From an uncultured SAR86 cluster bacterium (lineage in GTDB: Bacteria; Pseudomonadota; Gammaproteobacteria; Magnimaribacterales; D2472), in assembly GCA_905181645.1 (NCBI GenBank), contig CAJIYN010000001.1, positions 535,334 to 599,333 on the forward strand: a stretch of DNA of 64,000 nucleotides. The letters are read 5' to 3'. Numbering within the stretch: position 1 is the first letter of the stretch; every line of letters begins with the position of its first letter. The notes beneath the pieces are model-generated. The model saw nothing but the letters and a program-made list of their open reading frames with translations, searched no databases and had not been told where the DNA came from. Below, one piece after another: positions 25,362 to 36,410 of this stretch. Made by a program: the position numbers and the translations under genes.

Positions 25362-25631
25362 ATGGCTCTATTAGCAGAAGAAAAAGCAGGTATTGTTAGT
25401 AAATTTCAAAAAGGAGCCTCAGATACTGGTTCTCCAGAAGTTCAGATTGCTCTATTGACTGAAAATATTAATAAACTTCAAGATCACTTTAAAGAACATA
25501 AAAAAGATCATCACTCTAGAACAGGTTTAATAAGAATGGTTAATCTTAGAAGAAAACTTCTTGCTTACTTAAAACGTAAGGATCAAGAAAGTTATCTAAA
25601 AACTATAAAAGCCCTAAAATTACGTGGATAA
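25362..25631 (+). CDS. rpsO: 30S ribosomal protein S15
   Basis: [30 protein letters not shown]. Confidence 0.98.
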   Translation: MALLAEEKAGIVSKFQKGASDTGSPEVQIALLTENINKLQDHFKEHKKDHHSRTGLIRMVNLRRKLLAYLKRKDQESYLKTIKALKLRG

Positions 25632-25659
25632 AAAATAATAAAAATTAAAAAGGAATATT

Positions 25660-27751
25660 GTGGAAAAAAATAAATTAGAATCTCAATCAGTAGAATTTGC
25701 ATATGGCAATAAAACTGTAAAATTAGAAACACACAAAGTAGCCAGACAAACTACAGGTGCTGTTTTAGTAACAATCGATGACTTGGTAGTTCTTACTACT
25801 GTAGTAGCTAGAAAAGAAGCAGACCCTAAAAAAGACTTCTTCCCTTTAGCAGTTTTCTATCAAGAAAAATTTTATGCTACAGGATCTATCCCAGGTGGAT
25901 TCTTTAAAAGAGAAGCTCGTCCAACAGAAAAAGAAACATTAACATCAAGACTAATAGACAGACCAATTAGACCTCTTTTCCCTGAAGGGTTTAAGAATGA
26001 GGTTCACCTTCTCTTATTGTTTTATCTTCAGGAAAAGACTATAACCCTGATATAGCTTCTATGATTGGAACATCAGCAGCTTTATGTGTTGCAGGAGTTC
26101 CATTTGATGGCCCAATGGGAGCTGCAAGAGATTTAGTCATTGATGGTAATTATGTTTTAAACCCTTCTTATGATGAATTAGAAAATTCATATTTAGATAT
26201 AGTTGTCGCAGGTACTGACAGTGCTGTTTTAATGGTTGAGTCTGAAGCAAAAGAATTAAGTGAAGATCTAATGCTTGGAGCTGTGTTATTTGCTCATGAT
26301 GAAATGCAAGGTCTTAGTAGCCGTAAAAACGGGAAAGATAAAGCAGGAAAAGAAGACTGGGTTGTTGCTGTTGATGAAGAAACACCTGTTTTTTATGGCG
26401 AGTTGAAAGAAAAACATACAGCTGCGATTGAAGCTGCTTTTAAAATAGTTAATAAGTCTGAAAGAACAGAAGCGATTAGTGTAATTAAAAGTACTATTAT
26501 TGCTGAATATGAAGAGCTTGATGATATGAAGATGTCAAAAGTTATGGGAGCATTCAAAAAACTTGAATCAGATATTGTTAGAACAAGCATCATTCAAAAT
26601 AAAACAAGAATTGATGGAAGAGATCAGGATACAGTAAGACCTATTTATGTTGAGGTTGGTGTTTTACCAAGAACACATGGTTCTGCTTTGTTTACTAGAG
26701 GAGAGACTCAAGCTTTAGTGGTAGCAACCTTAGGCTCTACTAGAGATGCTCAGAGGATTGAATCTATAGAAGGTCAAGATACTGATCATTTCATGCTTCA
26801 TTATAATTTCCCTGCATATACTCAGTAGGAGAGATTGGATTTATTGGTTCACCAAAAAGAAGAGAAATTGGTCATGGTAATTTAGCAAAAAGAGCTATTA
26901 AAGCTGTTCTGCCTGATACAGATGAGTTTGGATATACTCTTAGAGTTGTTGGTGAAATTACTGAGTCTAATGGATCTAGTTCAATGGCAACAGTTTGTGG
27001 AACTTCATTATCATTAATGGATGCAGGAGTCCCTTTAACAAGTCCAGTTGCTGGAATAGCTATGGGTCTTATTAAAGAAGGTGATGATTTTGCTGTTCTT
27101 ACAGATATTTTAGGAGATGAAGATCACCTTGGTGATATGGACTTTAAAGTAGCTGGAACTGAAACAGGAATTACAGCACTTCAAATGGATATAAAGATAC
27201 AAGGTATCAATGAAGCCATTATGGAAGTTGCTCTTACGCAAGCTAAAGATGGAAGAATTCATATTTTAGGTGAAATGAATGCAGTTATAAGTAAACCAAA
27301 AGAATTATCTGAGCATACACCGGCAATGAAAAAGTTTGTTGTCCACACTGACAAAATTAAAGAAATTATTGGTAAAGGTGGAGCGGTAATTAAGGGTATG
27401 CAAGAGAAAACAGGCGCTACTGTTGATGTCAGTGATGATGGTACTGTTTCAGTATTTGGGCAGACTCAAAGTGCAATGCTAGCAGCCGTAGAGATCATTG
27501 AAGGCATTATTGAAGATCCAGAGCTCAACAAAGTTTATACAGGAACAGTCGTTAAGATTGTAGACTTTGGTGCTTTTGTAAATATTCTTCCAGGTAAAGA
27601 TGGTTTAGTTCATATTTCTGAGTTAGCAGAAGAAAGAACTGAAGATGTAAATGCTGTTTTAAAAGAAGGTCAAGAAATTGAAGTTAAAGTTCTTGGGATA
27701 GATCGAGGAAAAATGAAATTATCCAAGAAAGCATTACTTAATAAAGAATAA
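25660..27751 (+). CDS. pnp: Polyribonucleotide nucleotidyltransferase, fragmented
   Basis: [44 protein letters not shown] and S1 domains. Confidence 0.97.
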
Positions 27752-27859
27752 TTTAAATATTTCTTAATATTTTTTATATATAAAATTTGATCCTTTTATC
27801 TTTTTATGGTCTTATATAGACTGCAAATCATATATAAAACCTAAATAGGGGGAGTTAAT

Positions 27860-28075
27860 ATGGATAATGCATGGAGAATGATAGGTGACTTAGTTAGTAA
27901 TTTAACTAGTGTTATAACAGGTATCTTAGGACTAGGAATCGTTGGAGCTTTAGCTTTCGGTGATATGCTAGGACTTGACGTAATTGGTAATATAACGGCT
28001 CTTGTTGAAACGTTAGCTACTAATGGTGTTGTAGGACTTCTTGTTTTAGCAGTTCTAATGAGCCTTGTTAAGTAA
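27860..28075 (+). CDS. Small hydrophobic membrane protein of unknown function (71 aa)
   Basis: Intact ORF, strong SD GGGGGAG, own terminator, Gly-rich hydrophobic helices. Confidence 0.85.
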   Translation: MDNAWRMIGDLVSNLTSVITGILGLGIVGALAFGDMLGLDVIGNITALVETLATNGVVGLLVLAVLMSLVK

Positions 28076-28088
28076 TAACTTAACCTTT

Positions 28089-28123
28089 TGTTAAGAAGAG
28101 CTTAGGCTCTTCTTAACATTTTT
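28089..28123 (+). terminator. Strong intrinsic terminator
   Basis: 13-bp stem TGTTAAGAAGAGC-TTAG-GCTCTTCTTAACA followed by TTTTT. Confidence 0.85.
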
Positions 28124-28129
28124 AATAAA

Positions 28130-28359
28130 ATGAACTTTAAAGTCACACTAGCAAGCCTAACTACCTTTTTAAATAAGGTAACCAAGTTATTAATACCACT
28201 AGTGTTTCATTGCTATTAGGTATTATCTTTGGAACATCAACTCCATTTGTTGGAGATGTGTATAAGAATGTAGCAGATATATTAAATATGCTTGGAGAAG
28301 ATGCTCTTCTTGCTTTAATATCTATTGTTATAATTCTTGCTTACTTAAAAAAAGACTAA
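28130..28359 (+). CDS. Second small membrane protein, paralogue of 27860-28075 (one frameshift near 28203; absent from ORF track)
   Basis: MNFKVTLASLTTFLNKVTKLLIPLV / VSLLLGIIFGTSTPFVGDVYKNVADILNMLGEDALLALISIVIILAYLKKD*. Confidence 0.75.
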
Positions 28360-28457
28360 GTTAGAAAAGTCTATATCAGGTAAAAAAAAGACTCCTTCTT
28401 TTTCAAATAATTCGTTCTTTTGGTATAATGTTTATTGGCTTAAATCCTTATGGGATA

Positions 28458-28534
28458 TGGTGGTTATGGGTGGACTTGAACCACCGACCCCGGCATTATG
28501 AATGCCGTGCTCTAACCAGCTGAGCTACATAACC
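28458..28534 (-). tRNA. Elongator tRNA-Met(CAT)
   Basis: Reverse complement GGTTATGTAGCTCAGCTGGTTAGAGCACGGCATT-CAT-AATGCCG...CATAACCACCA; paired G1:C72; downstream of ychF. Ile2 is less likely but not excluded. Confidence 0.88.
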
Positions 28535-28543
28535 ATTCGTAGA

Positions 28544-28571
28544 ATGATAGTTGTTAAAATTTAAGAGTCAA
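28544..28571 (-). promoter_or_regulatory. Sigma-70 promoter for tRNA-Met
   Basis: TTGACT-16 nt-TATCAT on the minus strand, 9 nt before the tRNA. Confidence 0.6.
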
Positions 28572-28590
28572 TATCTTTATATGATTAACC

Positions 28591-29675
28591 TTAAACATTG
28601 AATTTAAAATGAATCACATCTCCATCGTTAACAATATAATCTTTTCCTTCTAGAAGATCCCCACGAAAGATTCTTCCAATAGCAATTCTCCTTTGTTAGC
28701 AATGTAATCATTAAAAGCAATAACCTCTGCTTTTATAAAACCTCGCTCAAATCTGTATGAATAACACCTGCTGCTTGTGGCGCATTCTATGCAATAGTCC
28801 ATGCTCTAACTTCTTTCACACCAGCAGTAAAGTATGTTTGTAAACTAAGTATTTCATAGCCTTTAAATATAACTTTATTTAATACAGGCTCATCCATCTC
28901 CATTAATTCAAGATACTCACTTTTTTCTTCTTCCTCTAGTAAGGCTATTTCTTGTTCAATTTTTATAAATGTTGGAACGACATCATGGTGAAGTTTTTTT
29001 GCAAAATTCTCAAGATTAGAAAGCAATTCTTTTGATTTTTTATCATCTGATACATTCGCAATATAAAACATTGGCTTGACGGTTAAAAGATGCAGGCTCT
29101 TAACAAAAATATTTTCTTCTTCATTGAAATTTTCTAGAGATATAAAATTGCCTGATTCAAGTTCACTCTTAATGTTAATTAGTATCTCATGGTCCTTTTT
29201 ATTTTGTTGATCAGGAGTTTTTAAAAGCTTTTCCGTCTTTAGTAAGCGTTTTGAAATTGATTCAAGATCAGCAAATATTAATTCAAGATTGATTATTTCA
29301 GCATCACGAACAGGATCAACAGATCCATCTACGTGTGTAATATTTTGATCCTCAAAACACCTTACTACGTGAGCAAGAGCTTGCATTTCTCTTATATTTG
29401 ATAGAAAAGCATTACCTAAACCTTCTCCTTGAGATGCTCCTTTAACCAATCCGGCTATATCAACTAAATCTAGTGTAGTAGGTATTATTTTTTTAGAGAC
29501 TACAATGTCCTGGAGCATATCCAAGCCTTTCATCTGGTACAGGGACTACACCAACATTTGGTTCTATTGTGCAAAATGGAAAATTTTCAGCAGGAATCGC
29601 TGATTTTGTTAGCGCATTGAATAGTGTTGATTTACCAACATTTGGAAGACCTATAATTCCACATTTAAATCCCAT
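28591..29675 (-). CDS. ychF: Ribosome-binding ATPase YchF, fragmented
   Basis: [52 protein letters not shown], ends HFKFNV. Confidence 0.97.
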
Positions 29676-29679
29676 ATCG

Positions 29680-30245
29680 TTATGAGTGAAGTTTTAATTG
29701 AGCTTCAGAGAATTTCCTTTCACAGATAAGGTCAAACACCCTATTAAGATCATAAGTATTGAATCTTCAATTAGCTCATTTTCTTTTTTTAAAGGAGGTT
29801 TTAATACAAAATTACTTACTAGATTCTTGTTTCCAGGATGACCAATGCCAATTCTAATTCTATAAAAGTCTTTTGAACCAATTTTTTCAAATATATCTTT
29901 AAGTCCGTTGTGACCTCCGTGGCCTCCACCAAGTTTAATTTTTACCTCTCCAGGATTAAGATCTAAGTCATCATGTAAAACTACTAAGTTGTCGCTAGAT
30001 ATGTCGGAGTAACGAATTATTTTTTGTAAGGTTTTACCTGTATTGTTTACGTAGTTAGTTGGTATAGCCAAGATAAAGTCATTATTGGAAGAGGTGGCTA
30101 TTTTTGCTTCAAGTTTTTCTTTTAAAACAAACTCAAGATTAAGTTCATGACAAATCTTATTTAACCAGTCTTTACCAATGTTATGTTTTGTTTCATCATA
30201 TTTAGCACCTGGATTACCAATGCCAATAAAACATAATTTAGACAC
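29680..30245 (-). CDS. pth: Peptidyl-tRNA hydrolase
   Basis: [33 protein letters not shown]. Confidence 0.95.
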
Positions 30246-30248
30246 TTT

Positions 30249-30941
30249 CTAGCTTTCTTCAGATCCTTCATCAGGACTTTCAGCACTATCAGAGGCTTCA
30301 GCACCTTCCTCGCCTTCAGATCCTGCTTCTGCACCTTCCTCGCCTTCAATCTCAACAGGCTCTTCTTCAACAGCTTTAGGAGCATTAACTGAAACAACCA
30401 TTTGGTCTTGCCCATCCTCTAAACCAGAAATCTCTGCACCTTCAGGAAGAGCTACCTCAGTTAACCTGATTCCATCACCTAGGGCTATTTCTGTAACATC
30501 TACTTCAATAGCTTCAGGAATATTACCTGCCAGACAAAGAACTTCAATTTCACGTAACACTATGTAACTAATTATACCTCCACCAATACATTCTTCTTCA
30601 TTAATGAATCTGAAAGGCGGAATAACTTTTAGTTTTGTTTTGCTTGATACTCTTAAAAAATCTGCATGTAAAAATTTTCCTTTAACAGGATCTTTTTGTA
30701 GTTCTTTTAAAACAACTTTTTCTTCTTTGTCACCAATTTTTATTTTTAGAACCTGAGTATAAAAGAGCTCATTCTCTGAAGCCTTAGTAAGCTCATTTAA
30801 AGGTAATTTAATATTTTCACCCGGAAGCTCATTACCATAAATAACAGCAGGAATCATCACATCGATCCTTCTGATTACTCTAGCTTTGTTTGATCCAGTT
30901 CTTTCTCTAGGATCTGCATTTAAAATTATTTCTTGTGTCAT
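30249..30941 (-). CDS. rplY: 50S ribosomal protein L25/Ctc with acidic tail
   Basis: IPAVIYG, LQKDP......HADF, IPEAIEVDV, Glu-rich C-terminus. Confidence 0.95.
   Translation of the reverse strand: MTQEIILNADPRERTGSNKARVIRRIDVMIPAVIYGNELPGENIKLPLNELTKASENELFYTQVLKIKIGDKEEKVVLKELQKDPVKGKFLHADFLRVSSKTKLKVIPPFRFINEEECIGGGIISYIVLREIEVLCLAGNIPEAIEVDVTEIALGDGIRLTEVALPEGAEISGLEDGQDQMVVSVNAPKAVEEEPVEIEGEEGAEAGSEGEEGAEASDSAESPDEGSEES
30301..30348. repeat. 18-bp direct repeat within the rplY acidic tail
   Basis: GCACCTTCCTCGCCTTCA at 30301-30318 and 30331-30348 (EGEEGA twice). Confidence 0.8.
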
Positions 30942-30958
30942 ATTTGCCTCTTATCTAT

Positions 30959-31913
30959 CTATGTAAACATCGCGCTTAAAGACTCTTCATTGCTTAATCT
31001 TCTAATACATTCAGCAATTGTTGGAGCCAACGAAATGACGCGTATTTTACTGCATTTTTTACCTTCTTGGGACAATGGAATGGAATTAGTTACAACTAAT
31101 TCGTCCATAGATGAATTAGATATTCTCTCAATTGCAGGACCTGATAGAACTGGGTGTGTAATATACGCCTTAACGCTAGCAGCACCTTCTTTTTTTAGAG
31201 CCTCGACAGCATTACATAAAGTGCCAGCTGTATCGATAATATCATCAGGAACAATGCATATTTTTCCTTTAACATCACCAATAATATTCATAACTTCTGA
31301 TTCATTAGCAGCAGCTCTTCTTTTATCAATAATTGCTAATTCAGCGCATCATTTAGTTGCTTAGCAAGAGCTCTAGATCTCACAACACCACCGACGTCTG
31401 GTGAAACAACAACTATATTATTATCTGGATTGGTTTCTTTAATATCCTGAACCATCAACTTTGTTGCATATACATTATCAGCAGGCATATCAAAAAAGCC
31501 CTGAATAGTTTCTGAATGAAGATCAATTGTAAGAACTCTATCTATACCAACTGTAGAGAACATATCAGCAACGACCTTTGCACTTATAGGAACTCTTACA
31601 GATCTCACTCTTCTATCTTGTCTGGCATAACCATAATAAGGAACAATCGCAGTTATTCTTGATGCTGAAGATCTTTTCAACGCATCTGCAAGAAGCATTA
31701 ACTCCATTAAGTTTTTATTTGTTGGCGAGCATGTTGATTGAATTATAAAAGTATCATGTCCTCGAACATTATCTTCGATTTGAACTTTATATTTCTTTCA
31801 AGTAATTTTTGTTTAGGAGCAACTGGACTTCTACCTAAAATATCAGCAACATCATTTGCTAACTCAGGATTTGCAGTACCTGTAAAAATATCTAAATTTG
31901 GCTTACTTATCAT
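30959..31913 (-). CDS. prs: Ribose-phosphate pyrophosphokinase, fragmented
   Basis: [43 protein letters not shown]. Confidence 0.96.
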
Positions 31914-31933
31914 GATTTAAATTATACCAAAAT

Positions 31934-32008
31934 TGGTTGGGGTGGGAGGATTCGAACCTCCGCATGACTGGATCAAAACCAGTTGCCTTACCGCTTGGCT
32001 ACACCCCA
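31934..32008 (-). tRNA. tRNA-Gln(TTG)
   Basis: Reverse complement TGGGGTGTAGCCAAGCGGTAAGGCAACTGGTT-TTG-ATCCAGT...CACCCCAACCA; classic ispE-tRNAGln-prs position. Confidence 0.96.
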
Positions 32009-32797
32009 TTGCTATCCAACCCTCTTAAAGGTGAATATTGTATAGCTTCAGTTAAAAAGAATCTCCAATTAATAGGTATTATTTGCATTATTTTATCTAA
32101 CTCATCTGAGTTTTTATAAGGAATATACAAAGTTGATCCAGTTCCAGTTAAAAGAATATTATATGAGCTGGCACTACTCTATCATCATGATCTCCAGTTG
32201 TAATTAATGTAGCAGGATATTTGACTCCTTTTTTTACATTATGTACAGGAGAATATTCTTTTAAATATTCAAACATTTCTTTGGAATCGTCAGAGGTACC
32301 ATAATCATAATATTATTAGTAAATGGAGCCATTTGCAAACCTCCAATACCAGAAACATAAGCATTTTCTCCATGAATAAAGAAAGGCACATCCGCTCCTA
32401 AACTTTTCCCTCTTTTTACCATTTCAGAATAAGAAATATCTAGACCCCACATTTTATTGAGCCCTAATAGCACAGAAGCTGCATTTGAACTTCCACCCCC
32501 AAGACCGGCCCCAATCGGGATATTCTTTTTAAGCTTTATCTCAATTCCATTATCGATCTTGTAGTCCTTTTTAAGATCATTGATTGCTTTTAGAATAATA
32601 TTATCTTCAGATTTAATTATTGATGGTTCGCATTGGATTATAACTTCTGATGAATCTATATCCGACATCTCTATATTGTCGAATAAGTCTATAAGTTGAA
32701 ATGCGGAATCTAAATCATGAAATCCATCAGGTCTTTTGTTTAAAACTCTCAGATAAAGGTTTATTTTTGCTGGTGATTGAAGATTAAGGCTACCCAT
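31999..32797 (-). CDS. ispE: CDP-ME kinase (internal foreign patch)
   Basis: [34 protein letters not shown], later LTGTGS. Confidence 0.93.
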
Positions 32798-33271
32798 AAG
32801 TAGATATTACCCCTTTAACAGAATCACTTCCGGCTTTAATCTTTATTAAAATAGAGCCTTTTTTCTCATACAAACACTCAAAATAAATTGTATTATTTTT
32901 TAAATTTCCTACAGCCGTTGCTGTTGGGACTGACCTTTTGTACGCAGCAATTACTAAATCTGCGGAATCTAAAGATTCAATAAGCTCCTTAATAAAATCA
33001 GGAGCAGGAGAGGTGGATATACCATTAAATTTATCAATTGTTACATTAAGAACATTTCCTAATAAAGGTTTATTAACCTGTATAATAACTATATTGTTTG
33101 AGGGAAATATTACAAAATTGTAATTCAAATTTTTATTCTTCTGAAGAAGAGTGAATTTTCAATATATTTTTCATTTTCATCTTTTAAAAGATATACTGAA
33201 GCACATGAGACCAAAGATAACAAAAACGCTATTGAGAAACTTTTAAAGATGAATTTACAGCTATTTGGCAT
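32790..33271 (-). CDS. lolB: Probable lipoprotein insertase LolB (divergent, fragmented)
   Basis: Lipobox FSIAFLLSLVSC near 33205-33240; position between hemA and ispE; sequence similarity weak. Confidence 0.5.
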
Positions 33272-34475
33272 AAATCATAAAACCTCTGATGTCTCAGAAA
33301 GAGAAAGGTTTATTATAGATGAGTCTACTCAGATTTTTTTAGAAAATTATCTAAAAGATAAATTTCCACACCATTATTCCATTTTTTTATTATTTCAACT
33401 TGTAATAGAACTGAAATCTATTCATTCGACCAACCAGAGGATAAACTCTTAGATTCCATTAAGCATGCTTTGGATATTAATCAAATCCCAGATTCACATT
33501 TCTATTTTTTTAATAATATTAATGCTTTAATTCATATGTGCAAAGTTGCATGTGGAATAGATTCTCAGGTTGTAGGAGAGCAGGAAATATTTGGTCAATT
33601 CAAAAGCGCTTATAAGATTGCTGATGACCTCGGCTTAATCAAATCAAGGCTCAGATTGTATATAGACAAGACTCTTGAAATCTCTAAGAAGATCAGGACC
33701 TCAACTAAAATTGGCATTAACCCTTTATCAGTCAGTGGATTGGCTCTTAATTTAGTTAAAAGAATCTTTGAAAAACCTGAAAATCAAAAGGTTCTTATTG
33801 TTGGTGGTGGAGAAATGGCCAAGCTTATTATTGAAACTCTATACAAATCTGGTATCAGAGACATTAGTGCAATTAATCGGAGCATTAAAGTAATGAATAT
33901 TACTGATACCTTTAATGTTATTCCTATGCCTTTATCCTCATCCCATAAGGCTTTAGAAGATGCTGATATCATAATTACTTCAGCCACAACCACTGTTCCA
34001 ATTATTGGCAAAGGAGCTGTTGAAAGCGCTCTCCAGATTCGAAAAAATAAACCTATGTTATTTATAGATCTAGCTGTCCCTAGAAATATTGAATCAGAAA
34101 TAAAGCTACTAGAGCAGGTTTACCTATTTTCAATTGATGACATTAAAAAAATTACTAAAGATAATTTTCTTATCTTATCCGGTGGTAAAATAGAAATAAA
34201 ACATGATCGTCCATGAAGTTGAGTTAGCTCAAAAAGAAATTTCTAATAAATTAAAAAGAGCTTCTATGAGAAGTGAACTTCAAGAGTTACTAGAATCTTT
34301 TTCAAATGAAGACATTTCATTACTTAGAAATCAAGTAGTAAATAATGGTGATTTAGGTAATTTAATTATAGAAAAAGCAAAAGAAAAAGGATTCTCGGAA
34401 TCAATTAGAGATATTAAGGCAATTGATAATCATGCAATTAGAGAAATCGTTAAAGGATTAATAAAAGATGCATAA
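33249..34475 (+). CDS. hemA: Glutamyl-tRNA reductase, fragmented
   Basis: GINHKT...RE.F, STCNRTE (shifted frame), GIDSQVVGE.EI.GQ.K, GGGEM, DLAVPRNIE. Confidence 0.94.
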
Positions 34476-35537
34476 TTCAATGCTAATAAAGCTGCAAAAA
34501 CTTAAAGAGAGATTGGGTGAAATACAAGATGCACTTGTTGACTCAGACACTGTGAAAAATATTGAAAAATACACTCAATTAAATAAAGAATTTTCTGAAT
34601 TAAAACCAATTGTAGAAATATTTGATCAATATAACGAAACAGTAGCTCGATATGAGGGTGCAACTTCCTTGCTTGAATCAGATGATGATGAAATGAAAGA
34701 ACTTGCCCAGATTGAAATAGAGGAATCACAGCAAGAATCTGAAGGCTTTGAAAGAGATCTAAAATTCATGCTCTTACCAAAAGACTCAGCAGATGATGGT
34801 TCTGCTTATTTAGAAATTCGTGCTGGAGCAGGTGGTGATGAGGCTGGAATTTTTGCTGGAGATTTATTTAGAATGTATACAAGACTTGCAGAAAGAGAAG
34901 GCTGGAATATTGATGTAATTGATATCAAGCAAGCAGAGCAGGGAGGCTTGAAAAGAAGCTGTTGCTAAGTTAACAGGAAAAGCTGTTTTTAAAGTTATGA
35001 AATTTGAATCTGGAGTTCATAGAGTTCAAAGGGTTCCTGAAACAGAATCTCAAGGAAGAATTCATACCTCCACCTGTACTGTAGCAATTCTTCCAGAAAC
35101 TGAGGAGATTCAAGATGTAAATATTGCAAAATCCGATTTAAGAGTTGATACCTATAGAGCATCTGGAGCAGGGGGCCAGCATGTTAACAAAACTGATTCT
35201 GCAGTTCGTCTAACCCATATTCCCAGCGGGCTTGTTGTTGAGTGTCAGGATGGAAGATCTCAACATAAGAATAAAGAAAAAGCTTTGTCAGAAATGTACA
35301 GAGTTTTATGAGCAGCAAGAAAGTATTGCTAGCGAAAGAAAGGTATTAGTTGGAACTGGTGATAGAAGTGAAAAAATTAGAACATATAATTTTCCTCAGG
35401 GAAGAATGACAGACCACAGAATTAAACTAACTCAGCATAATCTAGATCAAATTATGGATGGTGATATTAAAAGTATTTGTGATGCACTATTGTCTGAAAA
35501 TCAATTGGCAATGCTATCGCAACTTGAGGAAGAGTGA
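34468..35537 (+). CDS. prfA: Peptide chain release factor 1, fragmented
   Basis: [20 protein letters not shown] (PxT), [21 protein letters not shown]. Confidence 0.97.
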
Positions 35538-35543
35538 TCACTA

Positions 35544-36373
35544 TTGTCAGCATCCTTAAATACATATAAAGAAAATATAAAGATACTTGAATCAAGTATT
35601 CCAGGTATAAGTAATAATTTTAGATTCTATTTAAAAAAAGCTCTTAAATACTCTGATGCTGTTGTTATCCTTAACGACGATATTGATATACCAGCAGATG
35701 AAGTAGCGCTAATTGAGGATTTTATAGATCTTTCAATAAAAAAAATCCCAATTGAGTACATATTGAATGATTCTGAATTTTACGGAAGACATTTTTATGT
35801 AGATAAAAGAGTTCTAATTCCAAGGGATGAGACTGAGTTATTGGTCGATGTTTTGATTAATTATGATATTCAGAGAAATTCTAAAATAATAGATCTAGGA
35901 ACTGGATCAGGCTGCATAGGAATTTCTATTGCTTTAGAGATGCCAGAATCAAAAGTAATTGGTGTTGATAAATATCTTGATGCAATAGATGTAGCTAAGA
36001 AAAATAAGCAAATGCACCAGGCTTCAAATTTTGATTTAAAGCATTCTGATTGGCTATCCAATGTAAATGAATCTGATTTTGATGTAGTTATATCTAACCC
36101 ACCTTATATTGATCCAGATGATTTACATTTAAAAAACCTAGTTCATGAACCTAAATCTGCTTTAGTCTCATCAGATAATGGGCTTTCAGATTTTAAGAAA
36201 ATATCGTCACAAGCATTTAAAAAATTAAAAAAAAACGGCATTCTTATGTTTGCCAAAAGATCAAGCAGATCAAGTTCAAGCTGTATTTAAAAAACATTCA
36301 TTTTCATGAAATTGAGAATTTTAAAGATTATCAACTTCATCCAAGAATAACTATAGGCAAAAAATTAGCTTGA
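35544..36373 (+). CDS. prmC: Release factor glutamine methyltransferase
   Basis: VLIPR.ETE, DLGTGSG, SNPPY; follows prfA. Confidence 0.95.
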
Positions 36374-36410
36374 TTATATAATTTAGAAATATATAAATTG
36401 GGGAATAAAT

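Noticed and set aside
27752-28457. Integrated element at the tRNA-Met 3' end
   Set aside because: No integrase and no duplicated tRNA 3' end seen; only the two small genes.
30161-30415. Basic 84-aa ORF with KARKV repeats
   Set aside because: Alternative frame of the repetitive acidic tail of rplY.
31937-32119. 60-aa ORF MGWEDSNLRMTGSKP
   Set aside because: Classic antisense translation of tRNA-Gln.
34940-35000. Programmed frameshift in the release factor gene
   Set aside because: This is RF1 (PxT motif), not RF2; there is no CTT-TGA slippery site, and the break density matches the rest of the window.
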